Below, piece by piece: positions 34,501 to 54,180 of a stretch of DNA of 64,000 nucleotides. The DNA is from Scenedesmus sp. PABB004 (taxonomy: Eukaryota). The stretch is from contig JABVCE010000013.1 in the NCBI GenBank assembly GCA_014905635.1, positions 124,001 through 188,000 on the forward strand. The letters run 5' to 3'. The position numbers and the translations under genes are program-made. The notes beneath the pieces were generated by a model. That model was not told where the DNA came from. It ran no database searches and saw nothing but the letters and a program-made list of their open reading frames with translations. Position 1 is the first letter of the stretch; each line of letters begins with the position of its first letter.

Positions 34501-36217
34501 CGGGCCCGCGCACGCCGGCGCCGCCGCCGCCGCCGCCGCGACCGCCACCGCAGGCTGTCTGAGCTGGGCCAGCCGGGGCTGCACCCGCTGTTTGTGAAGC
34601 AGGTCGTCACGCTCGCCATGGACCGGCGCGACCGCGAGCGCGAGATGGCGAGCAGCCTGCTCAGCGAGCTGCACCCCGCGGTCATCACCGACGACCAGGC
34701 GCGCGCCCGCAAGCCGCGCCGCGCCTGCCGCCTGCGCTCTGCTGCGCGCCCGCCCGCCCGCCCGCGCCGCGCGCTGCGCCCGCCGCCGCCTGCGCTCTGC
34801 TGCGCCCGCCCACCCGCCCGCCCGCCCGCCCGCCCGCCCGCCCTCACCACCCACGCGCGCACCCTCCGACGCGCGCCCACGCCGCCCGCCCACACTGCCC
34901 GCCCGCCCGTGTGCACGCGCCCCGCGCCTCAGATGGTGTCGGGGTTCAGCCGCCTCCTCGCGTCGTGCGATGACCTCATCCTGGACATCCCCGACGCGGT
35001 GCACCTCCTCTCCCTCTTCCTCGGCCGGTGAGGGATGGGGTGGGACGCGTTGCCCGCGGCGCGGCGGGGCCGCGCGGGCCGGGGCCTTGGGGCCCCCTGC
35101 CAACACCCTCGCCTGGAAACCCTCGCCTGGCGCTGCGCTGAGCCGCCGCCGCCGCGTCCGGTGTGTGCGCAGCGCGATCGTGGACGAGGTGCTGCCGCCC
35201 GCCTTCCTGGCCAGCTGCCTGCCCGCGCTGCCCGACGGCGGCCTCGGCATCACCGTGGTGCAGGCCACGGGTGCGTGGGCCGCCGCCGCGCCCGCCGCCG
35301 CCGCCTTGGCCGCGGGCCCGCCGCGTGCGCGCACCGCCGCCGCCGCTCACGCACACGCGCACACGCCGGCGCCGCCGCCGCCGCGCCGCGCAGGTGCGAT
35401 GCTGAGCCAGCGCCACGCCGCGGAGCGCCTCACCGCGTGCTGGCACGGCGGCGGGTTGTCGCTGGACGACGTGCGGCGCAGCATGCGCGGCGCGCTCGAC
35501 GAATTCCTGCTCGCCGGCAGCGGCGCAGAGGTCGCCGCGGTGCGCGCGCGCGCGCCACCCGTCTGCTCCCGCCGCCCGACGCGCCCGCCGTCGCGGTTGC
35601 GCTGCGTCGCGCCCGCGCCCGCCCGGCGCGCCAGCACGCTGCGCCGCGCCGCGCACGTCCGCGCCGCCGCTGGCCCGTCCCTCGCTGCGCCGCGGTCGTC
35701 GGCCTGCCATTGACCTGCCTGGCGCTGACCTGGCGTTGACCTGGCGTTGACCTGGCGCTGACCTGCCTGGCGCTGACCCCAGGTGCTGAAGGACATGGAC
35801 CTCCCCCACTACCACCACGAGCTGGTCAAGGCGGCGGTGGAGATGGTCTTTGGCAGCCCCGCGCGCGCGCCCCAGCTCGCCGGCCTGCTGCGCCAGCTCA
35901 GCGAAACGGGCGTGATCTCGAGCACCCAGATGGCGCAGGCGCGGCGCCCGCGCGCGCCTGGGCGCGGCGCCCGCGCGCGCCTGGCCCGCCGCCGCGCACG
36001 CCACGCGCGCCGCGCGCGCCGCTGCACAGCGCCCGGCCCGCCGCCGCGCGCGCCGCCCACGCGCGCGCGCCGCCGCCGCGGCCAGGGCCTCGCGCGCGTG
36101 CGCGACCTGCTGGCCGACGAGGCGCTCGACGCGCCGGGCGCGCCGGCGGCGTTTGAGAAGCTGCTGGCGCAGGCGGGCGCGGAGGGCTGGCTGCCGCAGG
36201 AGATGGCGAGCAGCTAG
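31550..36217 (+). CDS. PDCD4: PDCD4-like four-MA3-domain translation regulator (plant MRF family)
   Basis: MSSFLTEQQRAAL, KKGGGGGKFTWG, DRHDPNYDSDEE, repeated MA3 cores (EEYFASGD, HYFVKRLITLSLDRKDKEREMAS, FFHHELVKQAL, LAMDRRDREREMAS, HYHHELVK). Five GC-AG introns. Confidence 0.9.
35710..35782 (+). repeat. Tandem YTGACCTGGCG repeats at an intron 3' end
   Basis: TGACC starts at 35711, 35726, 35737, 35748, 35759 and 35774, immediately before acceptor AG 35781-35782. Confidence 0.9.
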
Positions 36218-36402
36218 GCGCGGGCCGGCCGGCGGGGTGAAGGCCGCATGCTTGGGGGGAGGGGGCGTGAGCTGGCGGCGGGCGTCGTGACGTCGGGGCC
36301 GTCGTTAGGCGTGACGGGGAGGCAGGCTGCAGCTGGCGCGGGCCGTTGCTCGAGTAGGGACCGGACCGCTGCGCCGCGGGGCGGCGGCGGGCGCAGCGTC
36401 CT

Positions 36403-36407
36403 TGTAA
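36403..36407 (+). terminator. TGTAA polyadenylation signal for the PDCD4-like gene
   Basis: About 185 nt after the stop at 36217. Confidence 0.65.
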
Positions 36408-37485
36408 ATCAGAATGGGGCACGCGCCGGTACCAGTTACAGCCCCCGCCCCCCAACGGCCTGCGCCAGCTGCATCCCCGACCCGACAAGCCGACCCGCAC
36501 ACGCCGCGTGCCCAAAGTCGACCCTTCTTTCTTTTGTCTCAGTCTCCCCTTCCAGGGTGTGCTTGCTTGCCTGCCACTAGAGTGCCTTTGTCATTTGTCA
36601 TCGATGGCAAGCGGCCTGATCAGGCCAACGGGTTGCCGCCGTGGCGTGGTGCCAATGGTGTTCGCGTTTTTATTCCAGGCCGCCTGCGCGGCCCGGCCTG
36701 GGTGCGTTAGCGTGCACTGTAATCGGGGGTGCAACGGCGCAGTCCTGCCTGCCGCGTGCGCAATCGGGGCGCCCGTCTCGACGGGTGCGCGTGCCGACGA
36801 CCGAGTCCCTCCTCCCAGCAACGAGAGCAAGAGCAGAGCAGAGCAGCACACACCAAGAAGGAAATCCGGCCGTCGCAGCGACGTCGTGGGGTTGCCCCTG
36901 CCGCCGTCAACCCGGTCGCGGCGCTGCTCCGCCAGCAACAGCAACAGTTTGTGGGTCCGCCGCCTGCGCAGCGCGTGCAATCCCGAGCATTGCCGCTCTG
37001 CGCACAGCGCAGCGCCTGCAAAAGCCATGCCATGCGAAGCTCTGTACGTACTGGGGCTCCACTCGTGCGACTCGCCACACGTGTGTGTGCCAGTCTTGCG
37101 CGCACGCACGCGAGCGAGCGAGCGACGCGACTCTTCCCTGGTCCGCCTTAGTAAAGGCTCGTGCCAACGCATGCGCCCAGCCCGCCGCGAGCAAACAGAG
37201 TGCCTGCCTGCGAGCACACATTCGATGAGGCGTGGATTGGTCCTGGGCGGGTCGGGACCCGCAGGAAGGGACGGGGCGCAGCGCTCGCCGCGTGGCATGG
37301 CGTTGCGATGCAACACACTCTAGTCATGTTTGGACGCGTAACAAGCTCGGCTGCCACCCTGGCGCACACGCGCGTGCACGCGCACGCCAGCGGCGCGACG
37401 CGTCGCGGCGGCCGCCGCGCCTTTGAATGCTCTGTGACGAGCAAAGCTCCTGGCCACGACTCTGGTCGGCACATGCGCGCCTCTC

Positions 37486-38491
37486 TCACTGCTCCCAGCT
37501 GCTGGCCACCTCCTCGGGGGCTGCCGCCGCCGCCGCCGCCGCTGCTGCCGCCGCCGCTGCCGCCGCGCTGTGCTGGCTGAGCAGCCGCTGCTGCGCCGCG
37601 AGCTGGGCGCGGCGGCCGGCGGCGTGCTGCACCTGCAGCTGCCGCGCGCGCACAAGGCGCGCGGCCAGGGCGGCCTGCGCCTCCGCGCCGGCGCTGCTGC
37701 ACTCGCAAGCGGCTGCCGCTAGGCGCGCCTGCTGCAGCCGCGCCAGCTGGAGCGCGAGCCTGACCTGCCGCGCCGCGTCGGCCATGAGCGCCGACGTGTG
37801 GTCGAGCGCGGCCAGCGCGGCGGGCGCGAGGGGGCTGCCCGCGCACAGCGCCTGCGTGCCGCACAGCGCTAGCGCTGCGCGCTCGATGGACGTGCTGCAC
37901 AGGTCCACGGCGACCGCGACGCACGCGTCCTGCGCGGCGCGCGGGCAGGGGCGGCGCAGGGAGAGTGAGGGGGCCGCGCCGCGCGCACGCGGCCAGCGCA
38001 CAGCGCGGCCGACCTGCCGCCGACTGCGCCAGGTGCGGAGCGGCGCTCACCAGGGAGGCCGGCGTCCTCTCCAGCGCTGCCCGCCGCATCGCCAGGCGCA
38101 GGGCGTGCTGCCCCGCCGGCGGGGCACCCGCCGCCGCGGGATGGCGGCGCGCGTCGGGGCAGTCTCGGAGGCCCGCCCAGGTCTGCCGGCTGCCCGCCGA
38201 GCCGCTGGGCGCGGCGTACGGCGCGTAAGGCGCGGCGCGCGCGGCCTTGCCCGCCCAGCTCGGCGAGCGCCGGGCGCAGCCGACGCCGTGCTCGCGGAGC
38301 TGCGGGGTATCTGCGGGCGGCACACACAGGAAGGGCCGGGGCAGCGCAGGCTCGGGCGCGGCGCCAGGCTGCTGGCGCATGCCAGCCCGTGGCCGCGCGC
38401 CTCGCCCGCCGCTCCCCAGGCCAGCCCGCCATGCCCCAGGCCTTCCCGGTGTCCCGTACAGGCTCCCCGTCCGGCCCGCACCTGCAGCCAT
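37486..38491 (-). CDS. Hypothetical protein with C-terminal coiled coil
   Basis: ATGGCTGCAG|GT..CAG and CTG|GTGAG..CAG junctions join MAA-DTPQLREHG..ERTPASL-DACVAVAVDL..LQLARLQQARL..EEVASSWEQ*. No family recognised. Confidence 0.5.
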
Positions 38492-39162
38492 GCCGCGAGG
38501 ATGCCTGTGGAGCTGCGAGGCAGCGGCGACCTTCCCTCGCGCGCTCCGCGCGCGCGAGCCCGCCCCGCGCGATTGCGCCCTCCGCGCCGGTCCGCTGAGC
38601 GCTCCTGGCGGCGGGGGCCGAGCGCTCGCGCGCTACGTCGACGCCCGAGCAGCGCCCTGAGCTCGCTGCCGCTGGAACGATCCACTGTCAGCCACGGCGC
38701 CGCGGTGCAGCCTGCGGCGCGCGCGGACGCGGGGTTCGCAGGTGCGCGTCTGAGCTCTCTACGCCTCGGCCTGACTCCTGGCACCTGCCTACGTCGCTGC
38801 AGGGGCTAGCGTGCGGCGCAATCTGCGTTCTTGTTGGGTCTGGAGCCGTGGAGCCTGGACGGCCGCGCGACCGGCGACGGCGGGGCCGAGTGCGGACTGG
38901 GCGGCACTCGCCCCAGGCGGTGGCGACCCTCCCGCGGTCCCGCGCTCAATCGCGCTGCCCGCCCGCAGGCGAGCTCGGTTCACCTTTTGCTCGGTGCTGG
39001 CGCGCCGTGCAGGCAGTGAGCGTGGTACGAAGCGCGCGTCGTCGGGCGCCCAGTATAAAACATCGGCCGCCACGCGGAGCCACGGCGCCCCTCGCGCGGC
39101 ACTCGGTGCCGCCGCATCTGCGCGGCCCCGCGTGCGGCGCCGGTGGTGGTTGCTCGCCGCTT

Positions 39163-39167
39163 TTACA
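39163..39167 (-). terminator. TGTAA polyadenylation signal for the GT71 gene
   Basis: About 55 nt after the stop at 39221. Confidence 0.65.
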
Positions 39168-39220
39168 CTCAACTCGTCGCGCTCACACGCAACTCCTCCA
39201 GCCGCAGCCGGGCCCCCGCC

Positions 39221-42107
39221 TCACTGCAGGTAGGGCAGGCCGTCGCGGTGCTCCGCGACCCACGCGCGCGCCGCCGGGAGCCAGGCCGCCTGCGCCGCGC
39301 CGAGCGCGCTGGCCGGGCGCGCGGTGCGCGCGCACCCCGGCGCGCCGCCGGGCGCCTCGACGCGCAGCGCCGGCAGCACCGCGCCGGCCGCCGCCAGGGG
39401 CTGGCCCGACGCGCCGCGGCCGACCGCCTCGCCAGACTCGGGGAGCACGAGGCGCGCCGTGCCCCACGCCGCCGCCTCGCAGTCGAGCCCCTCCGCGCCG
39501 CCGGCCTCGGCATCGCGCCGCAGCGCCCGGCACGCGCGTAGCCAGACCTGCTCGGGCAGGTGCTGCAACGCCTCGGGCTGCTGCTGCTGCTGCTGCTCTG
39601 GGCCGCCGCCGCCCGCGCCGGCGGCCGCTGCACCCCCGTCGCCCGATGTCGCCGCCGCCGCCGCCAGCGCCCGGCCGGCCGGCCGGCGCCGCCGCCGGCC
39701 GACGTGCCGCTGCGGCGCGCCGGGCGGCAGTAGGGTCACGCCGCTGCGCGGTGCGAGCGCCACGGCCGCGCAGGCGCGCCCAAGGCCCGGCAGCTCCGCC
39801 ACGGGCAGCCCCTGGGCGCGCAGCTCCATCCACTGCAGGAAGCGCACGAGCGGGCAGCCGCGGTGCTCAAACACCAGCGGCGGCGCGGAGGCGTAGCCGC
39901 CGCCGTCGCCCACCCACGTCGCCGGCGGGCCGCGGCAGGCCAGCGCGAGCGGCGCGAGCGCGGCGCGCGGCACGTCGGGCGTGAGCGCGGCCGCCGCGGC
40001 CTTGGACCCGAGGTGGGTGTTGATGAACCAATTCGGCAGCGGGCCCGTCACGACGTCCGCCTGCGGGGGCGGCTGCGCGACGACATCCTCCCATTTGGCA
40101 AACGTGCGGTGGAAGAAGGCGGCCCTCCCCTGCGGCGGCGGCGGCGGCGTCGCCCCAGCGGCGGCCCGCAGGGGCTGCTGCTGCGCGCGCGTGCGCGCGG
40201 CGCGGCGCGGGCCCTGCGCCGCACCAGGTGGTCGTGCTGCAGCATACCCTGGAAGCGCCACGCGCCGCCGGCCCCCGCGCCAAACGCGGCGCCCGGGGGC
40301 GTCGCGACGGCGGCGTAGTCGTGCAGGGAGCGCGCGAGGGCAAAGGCGACGCCAAAGGTGTCCTTGTCCCCGAGCACGTGCCTGCGCAGTTCAGCGGCGG
40401 CGGCGGCTCAGCGGCGGCGGCGGCTCAGCCGCCGGCGCGCGGCCGCCGCGGGCGGGGCGGGGCGGGGCGGAAGGGGGAGGGGGCAGCCCGCGCCGTGCGG
40501 TTGCTCACTTGTAGAGGTCTGAGGAGAAGGTGGTGAGGAACCAGAGCCACTCGAGCGCGGCCGCGTGACGCACGCGGTCCAGCACCAGCTGCCCGCTCTC
40601 TGCCGCACGCGTCACCGGCCCGCCGCCGCCCGCGAGCGCGGCCTGCGCGGCGGCGGCGGCGGCGGCGGGAAGAGGGGAGGGGGGAGGCTCGCGCGGCGGC
40701 TCGCGGCCTCGTGGCTCGTGGCAGCACGGCTCGCGGGGGCGGGCTTCCAGGCGGGCGGGGGCGGCGGCGCCGCTGCCGCCGTGCGCACCCAAAACTGCTT
40801 CTTCTTGATGCCAACCAGCGGATAAAGAGATTCGTGGGGGATGAACGGCGTGGAGGCGAGCTCGGGGCTCCACAGGTCCTTCCTGCAAGCGGGGGAGGAT
40901 GGTCAAGAGACTCGTAGGGGCTGGACGGCGGGGAGCCCGAGCGGCCGGGCGCGGCGGCGTGCCGTGGCGCGCGCGCGCGCGCGCGCGCCACGCGCTGCTG
41001 ACCAGAACATGCTGCCGTGCGTGCGCATGTGGGGCGAGTCGAAGAGGTGGGCGGGGTCGGCGAGGGGCAGGTTGTCCGCATCGAGCAGCAGCACCTGCCC
41101 CCACGCGCGCGCGAGGTCGGCCGCACGTCGGCCGGCCGCCGCCGCCGCCGCCGCCGTGGCGCGCGCTCACGCGCGCGGCCGTCAGCGGCCGCCGTTGGGC
41201 CGCGCCGCGCCGCGCCGCGCCTGCTGGAAGCGCGTGTGATAGAGGGCGAAGACCTTGGGCTCGTAGCGGTCCAGGTGCACGTCGCTGCGCGCGGCACACA
41301 GGGGGGGGGGGTGTAGGGGCCGCGCGGCGCAGCGCGCCGCGGGGGCGGGCAGTGGCGGCGGCGGCGCGCGGCGCCTGCCGCCGTCCCCGCCGCTCCCCCT
41401 CGCGCCGGCGCTCACGCCTTGTGGTGCGCGGGGTGCGGCTGGGCGCTGAGGTCGAGCCAGGCCAGCGGCGGGAAGGCCCGACTGAGCGTGGCGCGCGTCG
41501 CGCCGTCCACCTCGGCCTCGCCCTGGTGCGCGACCTCGACGGGCAGCGAGCAGTTGTGCTGGCGGCGCAGCACCTGGCGGGCGCGTCGCGTGGCGACCAG
41601 TTGTGCTGGCGGCGCAGCGAGTGGCGGGGGGCGCAGCAGGGCGCGTCGCGCGCTGCCGCCGCCGCCGCCGCGCGGCCGCGCGCGCGCGCGCGCTCACGTG
41701 GAGCATGATGGCGAGCTGCCCGATGTGGTGGCGCTTGCCGGCAGAGATGAGGATGCCGCGCCGGGGCAGCGCGCGCAGCGCCGCCAGCCGCGCGTCGCGC
41801 CCCGCGCCGGCGAGGAACTGCGCCACCTGCTGCGCCTGGGCCGCCATGCCCCGGTGGCCCGGTGCGCCGGCCATGTAATCCTCTGGCAGCCCGGGCGGCC
41901 GCGGGCACCAGCCCGGCAGCGGGCAGCGCCGGAGCGCGGCGCGCACGTTGCTCTGCTGCTCTGGCGCGCCCCCGGCGGCGGCGAGGAGCGCCAGGCAGCA
42001 GCAGGCCGCCTGCGGCGCGGTCAGGACGGCAGCTCAGATCGATCCCGTGCGCGTTGCTGTGCGCGGGGGCGCGCGTGACGCACCAGCGCGGCGGCGCCAC
42101 GCGGCAT
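39221..42107 (-). CDS. GT71 (MNN1/MNN2-like) alpha-mannosyltransferase
   Basis: Signal anchor MPRGAAAL-AACCCLALLAA; RGILISAG, SLPVEV, KVFALYHTRFQQ-VLLLDADN..DPAHLFDS, ESGQLVLDR, LGDKDTF motifs typical of the family. TGTAA 39167-39163. Confidence 0.85.
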
Positions 42108-43170
42108 CGCTGCTGCCGCCGCCGCCGCGGGCGCTAGGGGCGGCCTGCGGCCACGCCCCTCGCCCCGGGCAGCGCCAAGCGCTCGTTTCAGCAAGACGCC
42201 AGACGCTGGTGAGCGCGTGAGCGTGCTGGCGCTGCCGCTGGTGCCGCAGCAGCAGCGGAGGCGCTGCGCCGACCCGCGGCGGCGACGGCGACGGAGAGGG
42301 AGACGTGTTACCCACGCTGCCCACCCCACGGCCACATGTTCGGTGCACCCCCAACTGTCCAGTTGACCCACACAGCCCTAAACCCCGCGGCGGCAGCCCA
42401 GCGGACCGCCGACGATTTGGAAGACGCTGTGCTGGCGCAGCGCACGCGGCCCGTCGCCCGGCATGCGCAGCTTTCCTGCTGCTGTGCATGCCTTCTTCAA
42501 TTCTTGAACGCACGCTTGAGTGAGAAGCCGGTTGGGGTGGGTGGAGGCCGCGCGGCGGCGGCGCTCGGGCTCGCTGACGGTTGCGCGTTGAATTAAGCGC
42601 GGCCGTGAGCCACCAGACACTGTCTCACAGACAGAAAGAGCTGGAAACAAGTGAAAACAGCGTATGCACGCGTGCGAGCCGCGGCCAAGCAATCGAGCCG
42701 CCACTCTGCCGCTCTGCCCGCCACATCAGCCCCGAGCGGACGGCCTGACTGCCTCACGGGCGCCGGACCGACCGTTTGCCCGGCGGGCAGTCGCCTGGCA
42801 AGTATCGTGCGAGCGACCCGCATTGGACAATTGGCCACCCCCCTTGGAATTGGTTGACAAGTGTGCAGATGGAGAGCAGCGCTGCTCTCCGGCGGCAGCG
42901 CCGCCCCCAAGCGCTGTCCCTCCCCAAAGCAACCAAAGCGACCAAGGGCGCGGCAATGCTGCTGCCCTCTTGGGCCAGTGCTGTGGGGGCATGCGTTGTT
43001 GGCGCCGCCCGCCGGTTCAACCCTGATCTTTCCATGGCCGACGCGCTTGCGCGCGTTCGTGCGCGCAGCAACGCGCGCGCAACACCGCGCCGCGGCTGCC
43101 GTGCGCGGCGGCGCCAGAGTTACGTGATGACGAGATGACGCAAACGGGGCCATTCGTTGTGTGGGTGCGC

Positions 43171-44882
43171 CTAGCACCAGGCGCTGGGTCCGAGGTGCAG
43201 CAGTCCCTGCGGCTGCAGGCACGCGCCGCGGGCCGCGACGGCCAGCGGCGCAAAGCTCGCGGCCATGGAGCCGTGCGCCACGGGCGCAAAGGGCGCCGAG
43301 GCGGTGCTGCCGAGCAGGGCCAGCAGCTCGGGCGGCTGCAGGCTGTGGCCGGCAGCCAGGCTCGCCGGCGCGCCCGCCGGCAGCACCAGCTGGCACGGCC
43401 GGGGGCGAGCAGCGGCCCCGCCGCCGCTCGCCGGCAGCGGCAGCGCGCCTGCAAACGCGGGCGCCCCGCTGCCCTGCGGCAGCCAGCCGCAGCTGCTGTG
43501 CGCGTCGAGGCCGGCGCTGCCGCTGGGCTGCGCCTGTGCCAGCGCCAGCGAGGCGAGCAGGCCTGCCAGGTCGGCCTCCGCAGCAAGCTGCTGGTGCTGC
43601 GCCAGCTGGAGCTGTGCGAGCTCGTGCTGCTGCTGCTGCAGCAGGCGCGCGCTGGTGCCGTCGCTGCTGTTGGCGGCGGCCAGAGACCAGACTGACCCGC
43701 TGCTGGTGGGGCTCAGGCTGGTGCCGCTGCTGCCGGCGTCGCTGCCGAGGCACAGGGGGCTGTTCCTCTCGCCAAAGGGGAGCACGGCAGCACCTGGCAG
43801 CGCCCAGCCGCCGCTGGCGGGCTGGCAGGCGCTGCTCACCGGCGCCGCCAGCAGCGCCGGGTGCTGGGCCGCCTGCACGGCGTGCACGTGCTGCGCAAAC
43901 GCGAGCTCCGCCACCTGCAGCCTCCTCGCCTGCTGCTCGCGCTTGTGCCAGGCGAGAGAGGGCGCGCGGGGGTGCTGCGCCTGGCCGCCGCCGGGCGCCG
44001 CCTCCTTTCGCGGCGCGCCCGCCACGGGCTGCCCGCCCGCGGCGCACGCGGCGCCGTCGTCCGCGCGCGCGCGCGCCGGCGCCCTTGGCGCCGCGCCGCC
44101 GCCGTCGGGCGCGTCGGTCGCGCGCAGCTCGCGCGCGTCGTGCGCGAAGAAGCAGAGCGGCCGCGTGCAGGCGGCGCCCGTCGTGCACATGCGCGTGCGG
44201 TAGCGCGCCGGGTGGAGCCAGAACTCAAACACAGAGTGCGTCATCCCGCACGCGTCGCCGCGCGGGCAGCGGCCCTTCTGCGCGGCGGCGGCGGCGGCGG
44301 CGGCAGCGCGGACGTCAGCGCGGGCGGCGGAGCGGCTCGCCAGGGCCGCGGCGGCGCGCCGCGTGGCGCGTGGCGGCGCCGCCGCACCCGCATCATGTCT
44401 GCGCAGATGACCGGCGCGTAGGGGTGTGCGCGCGGGCAGCGCCGGGTGGCCTTCTCGCCGGCGTGCGCAAACTGCGTCGGGGCGGGCGGCCGGGTTTAGG
44501 GTGCAGGCTCAACCAGTGAGGGCTCGGGCGCGGCGGCGCGCGCCGGAGCGTGGGCTCACCGGGCACGTACCCCAGTCGTGCTCCTCGGCCTGCGGGCGGC
44601 GCGGCGGCGCGGTGGCGCGGCGGCGGCGGCGGCGTGTCACCCGCGCGCGCCAGCATAAGCGGCGACCCGCTGACGTCCGGCGCCGCGCAGCGCCCAGGCG
44701 CTGCCGCTGGGCGGAGGCGGGGACGTCCAACGAACCTGGGGGCATCGCTCGATCTTGTAGCGGAACATCCTGAACTCGTCGGTGCTCGCGTCGGTGCTCG
44801 CGTCCGGGCCGTCGCCGGCCGGCGCGGTGCTCTCGACGCCGCTGGCGGGCGCGGCCCGGGCAATCGAGCCGTCGTCACGCAT
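43171..44882 (-). CDS. RR-TZF tandem CCCH zinc finger RNA-binding protein
   Basis: STDEFRMFRYKIERC..HDWGTCP-FAHAGEKATRR, CPRGDACGMTHSVFEFWLHPARYRTRMCTTGAACTRPLCFFAH; low-complexity Q/S tail. The start could lie further upstream (ATG near 44988). Confidence 0.9.
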
Positions 44883-45850
44883 AGTGCGCGCCTGGGCGGC
44901 CTCGTGCGGCGTGTGGGCGGTGGTTGCGAGGCCTGGGGGGCGTGATGCCTACGCACCGCAGCCCTGCGCGCGAGGGGGGCGCGGCATGGTCTTGTTGGCT
45001 CAAAAGGTGGACCTTGCAGCTTTGATGTGAGCTAAGGCGGCGTGCGGCAGTCAAGGTGCGCTCTCGCGCAGGAAGCCGCGCAAAGCCTGCCCATCATGAC
45101 ATGCCCGCGTTTTTACCGGCCGGCATCCCGCAAGGCTGTGTCTGAGAGCGCTTACTAGGCTGTATTAGCCGTTCCAGCGCGGTGACGGCGCCGGGCGCGC
45201 TGAGAAAATGCTGAAGTGCCGCGGCCGCGAAATTGCACGCGCACAGGCTCCTCCCTGGCTGCCGCAGGTGGCGCGTGTGCGCGTGCGCTGCGTGAACCCG
45301 CGGTCGCGCATCTGATGGGGGCCACCGCGCTCCGTCTGTGCGCGCGCGCGCGGAGCGCCGCGGCGGCGCACGCCGGCGGCGCCCGCGCGCCCCAGCACGG
45401 CCGGCGAGCCGGCGCAGCGACGCACGCATGCTCGGGAAGGGCTCCTGGGCCTCGCGAACGGGCCGACTCACAAAACATGTCGGCGGCACTGGCGCGCCGC
45501 TGCACGCGCAGCCCGCCGTCGCTCCGCCCGCGGCCGCCGCCGCCGACTGCACCTGAGCGTCTGTGATGATGTGATGCGGAAGCGTCCCGTCGGCCGCGAT
45601 TGCCGCCGAGCGCCCCGGCGCTGCGATCGAGCGGCGGCGCCGCCCCGACCGCGCGGCTGCCCTGCTCAGCCGGCCGACGCGAGAGGCGCCGCCGCTTCGC
45701 TGTCTGTCGTGTCCCCCTTCCCGAAGGGCCAACGTGAACACGACGCGCACCGCCGTGCTCGCTGCTTTGTTTGCGCGTCGCGTCTGCTGAGCGCGCGCTT
45801 TCTCCCCGGCCGCTGCCGTCGCGCGTGAGGCGCGGGAGCCGTCGCCCGTC

Positions 45851-53835
<7,985 letters not shown>

Positions 53836-54134
53836 GCCCGCGCGGCCTCTGAGTGATGGCCGCATTGTATGCTGTTTGCCACGCGCCGGGCGGCGCGGGC
53901 CGTCCTGAGATCATCGCCACGCACTTCGCACGCGCCCGCCAGCCCCCCCCCCCCCCTGACACTCTGCCGGCTCGTATTGCCTGGCAGGTCGCCAGTGGCT
54001 GATCGCACCTGCCTGCACACGCGCGGCCGGCCCTGGCCGGCCCGCGCCGCCGCGACTTCTGTCCGCGCGCACTGGTTGCACCGCTGCCGACGGCCTTGGA
54101 GGTCAAGGGTCCTCCCAGTTGCATGACACAGCGG

Positions 54135-54139
54135 TTACA
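54135..54139 (-). terminator. TGTAA polyadenylation signal for GNOM
   Basis: About 40 nt after the stop at 54181. Confidence 0.7.
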
Positions 54140-54180
54140 CACGCCGGGGCCGCCCGCAACGCGGAGCGACGCGCGCGCCC

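Noticed and set aside
23107..36217. Functional cluster of two MA3-domain genes around RAD21
   Set aside because: NOM1 and PDCD4-like are ancient separate families with no sign of local duplication; adjacency is most simply chance.
38789..39172. ORF with WLRVAADVLYW as a separate gene
   Set aside because: No ATG start, and it overlaps the poly(A) signal region of the GT71 gene.
41410..41420. Apparent GC donor AAG|GCGTGAG in the GT71 gene
   Set aside because: A canonical GTGAG donor two bases later gives the correct frame (HK-A-DVH), so it was not counted.
45563..45790. Second box C/D snoRNA (GTGATGA near 45563)
   Set aside because: No nearby box D with a terminal stem, and no recognisable rRNA antisense element.
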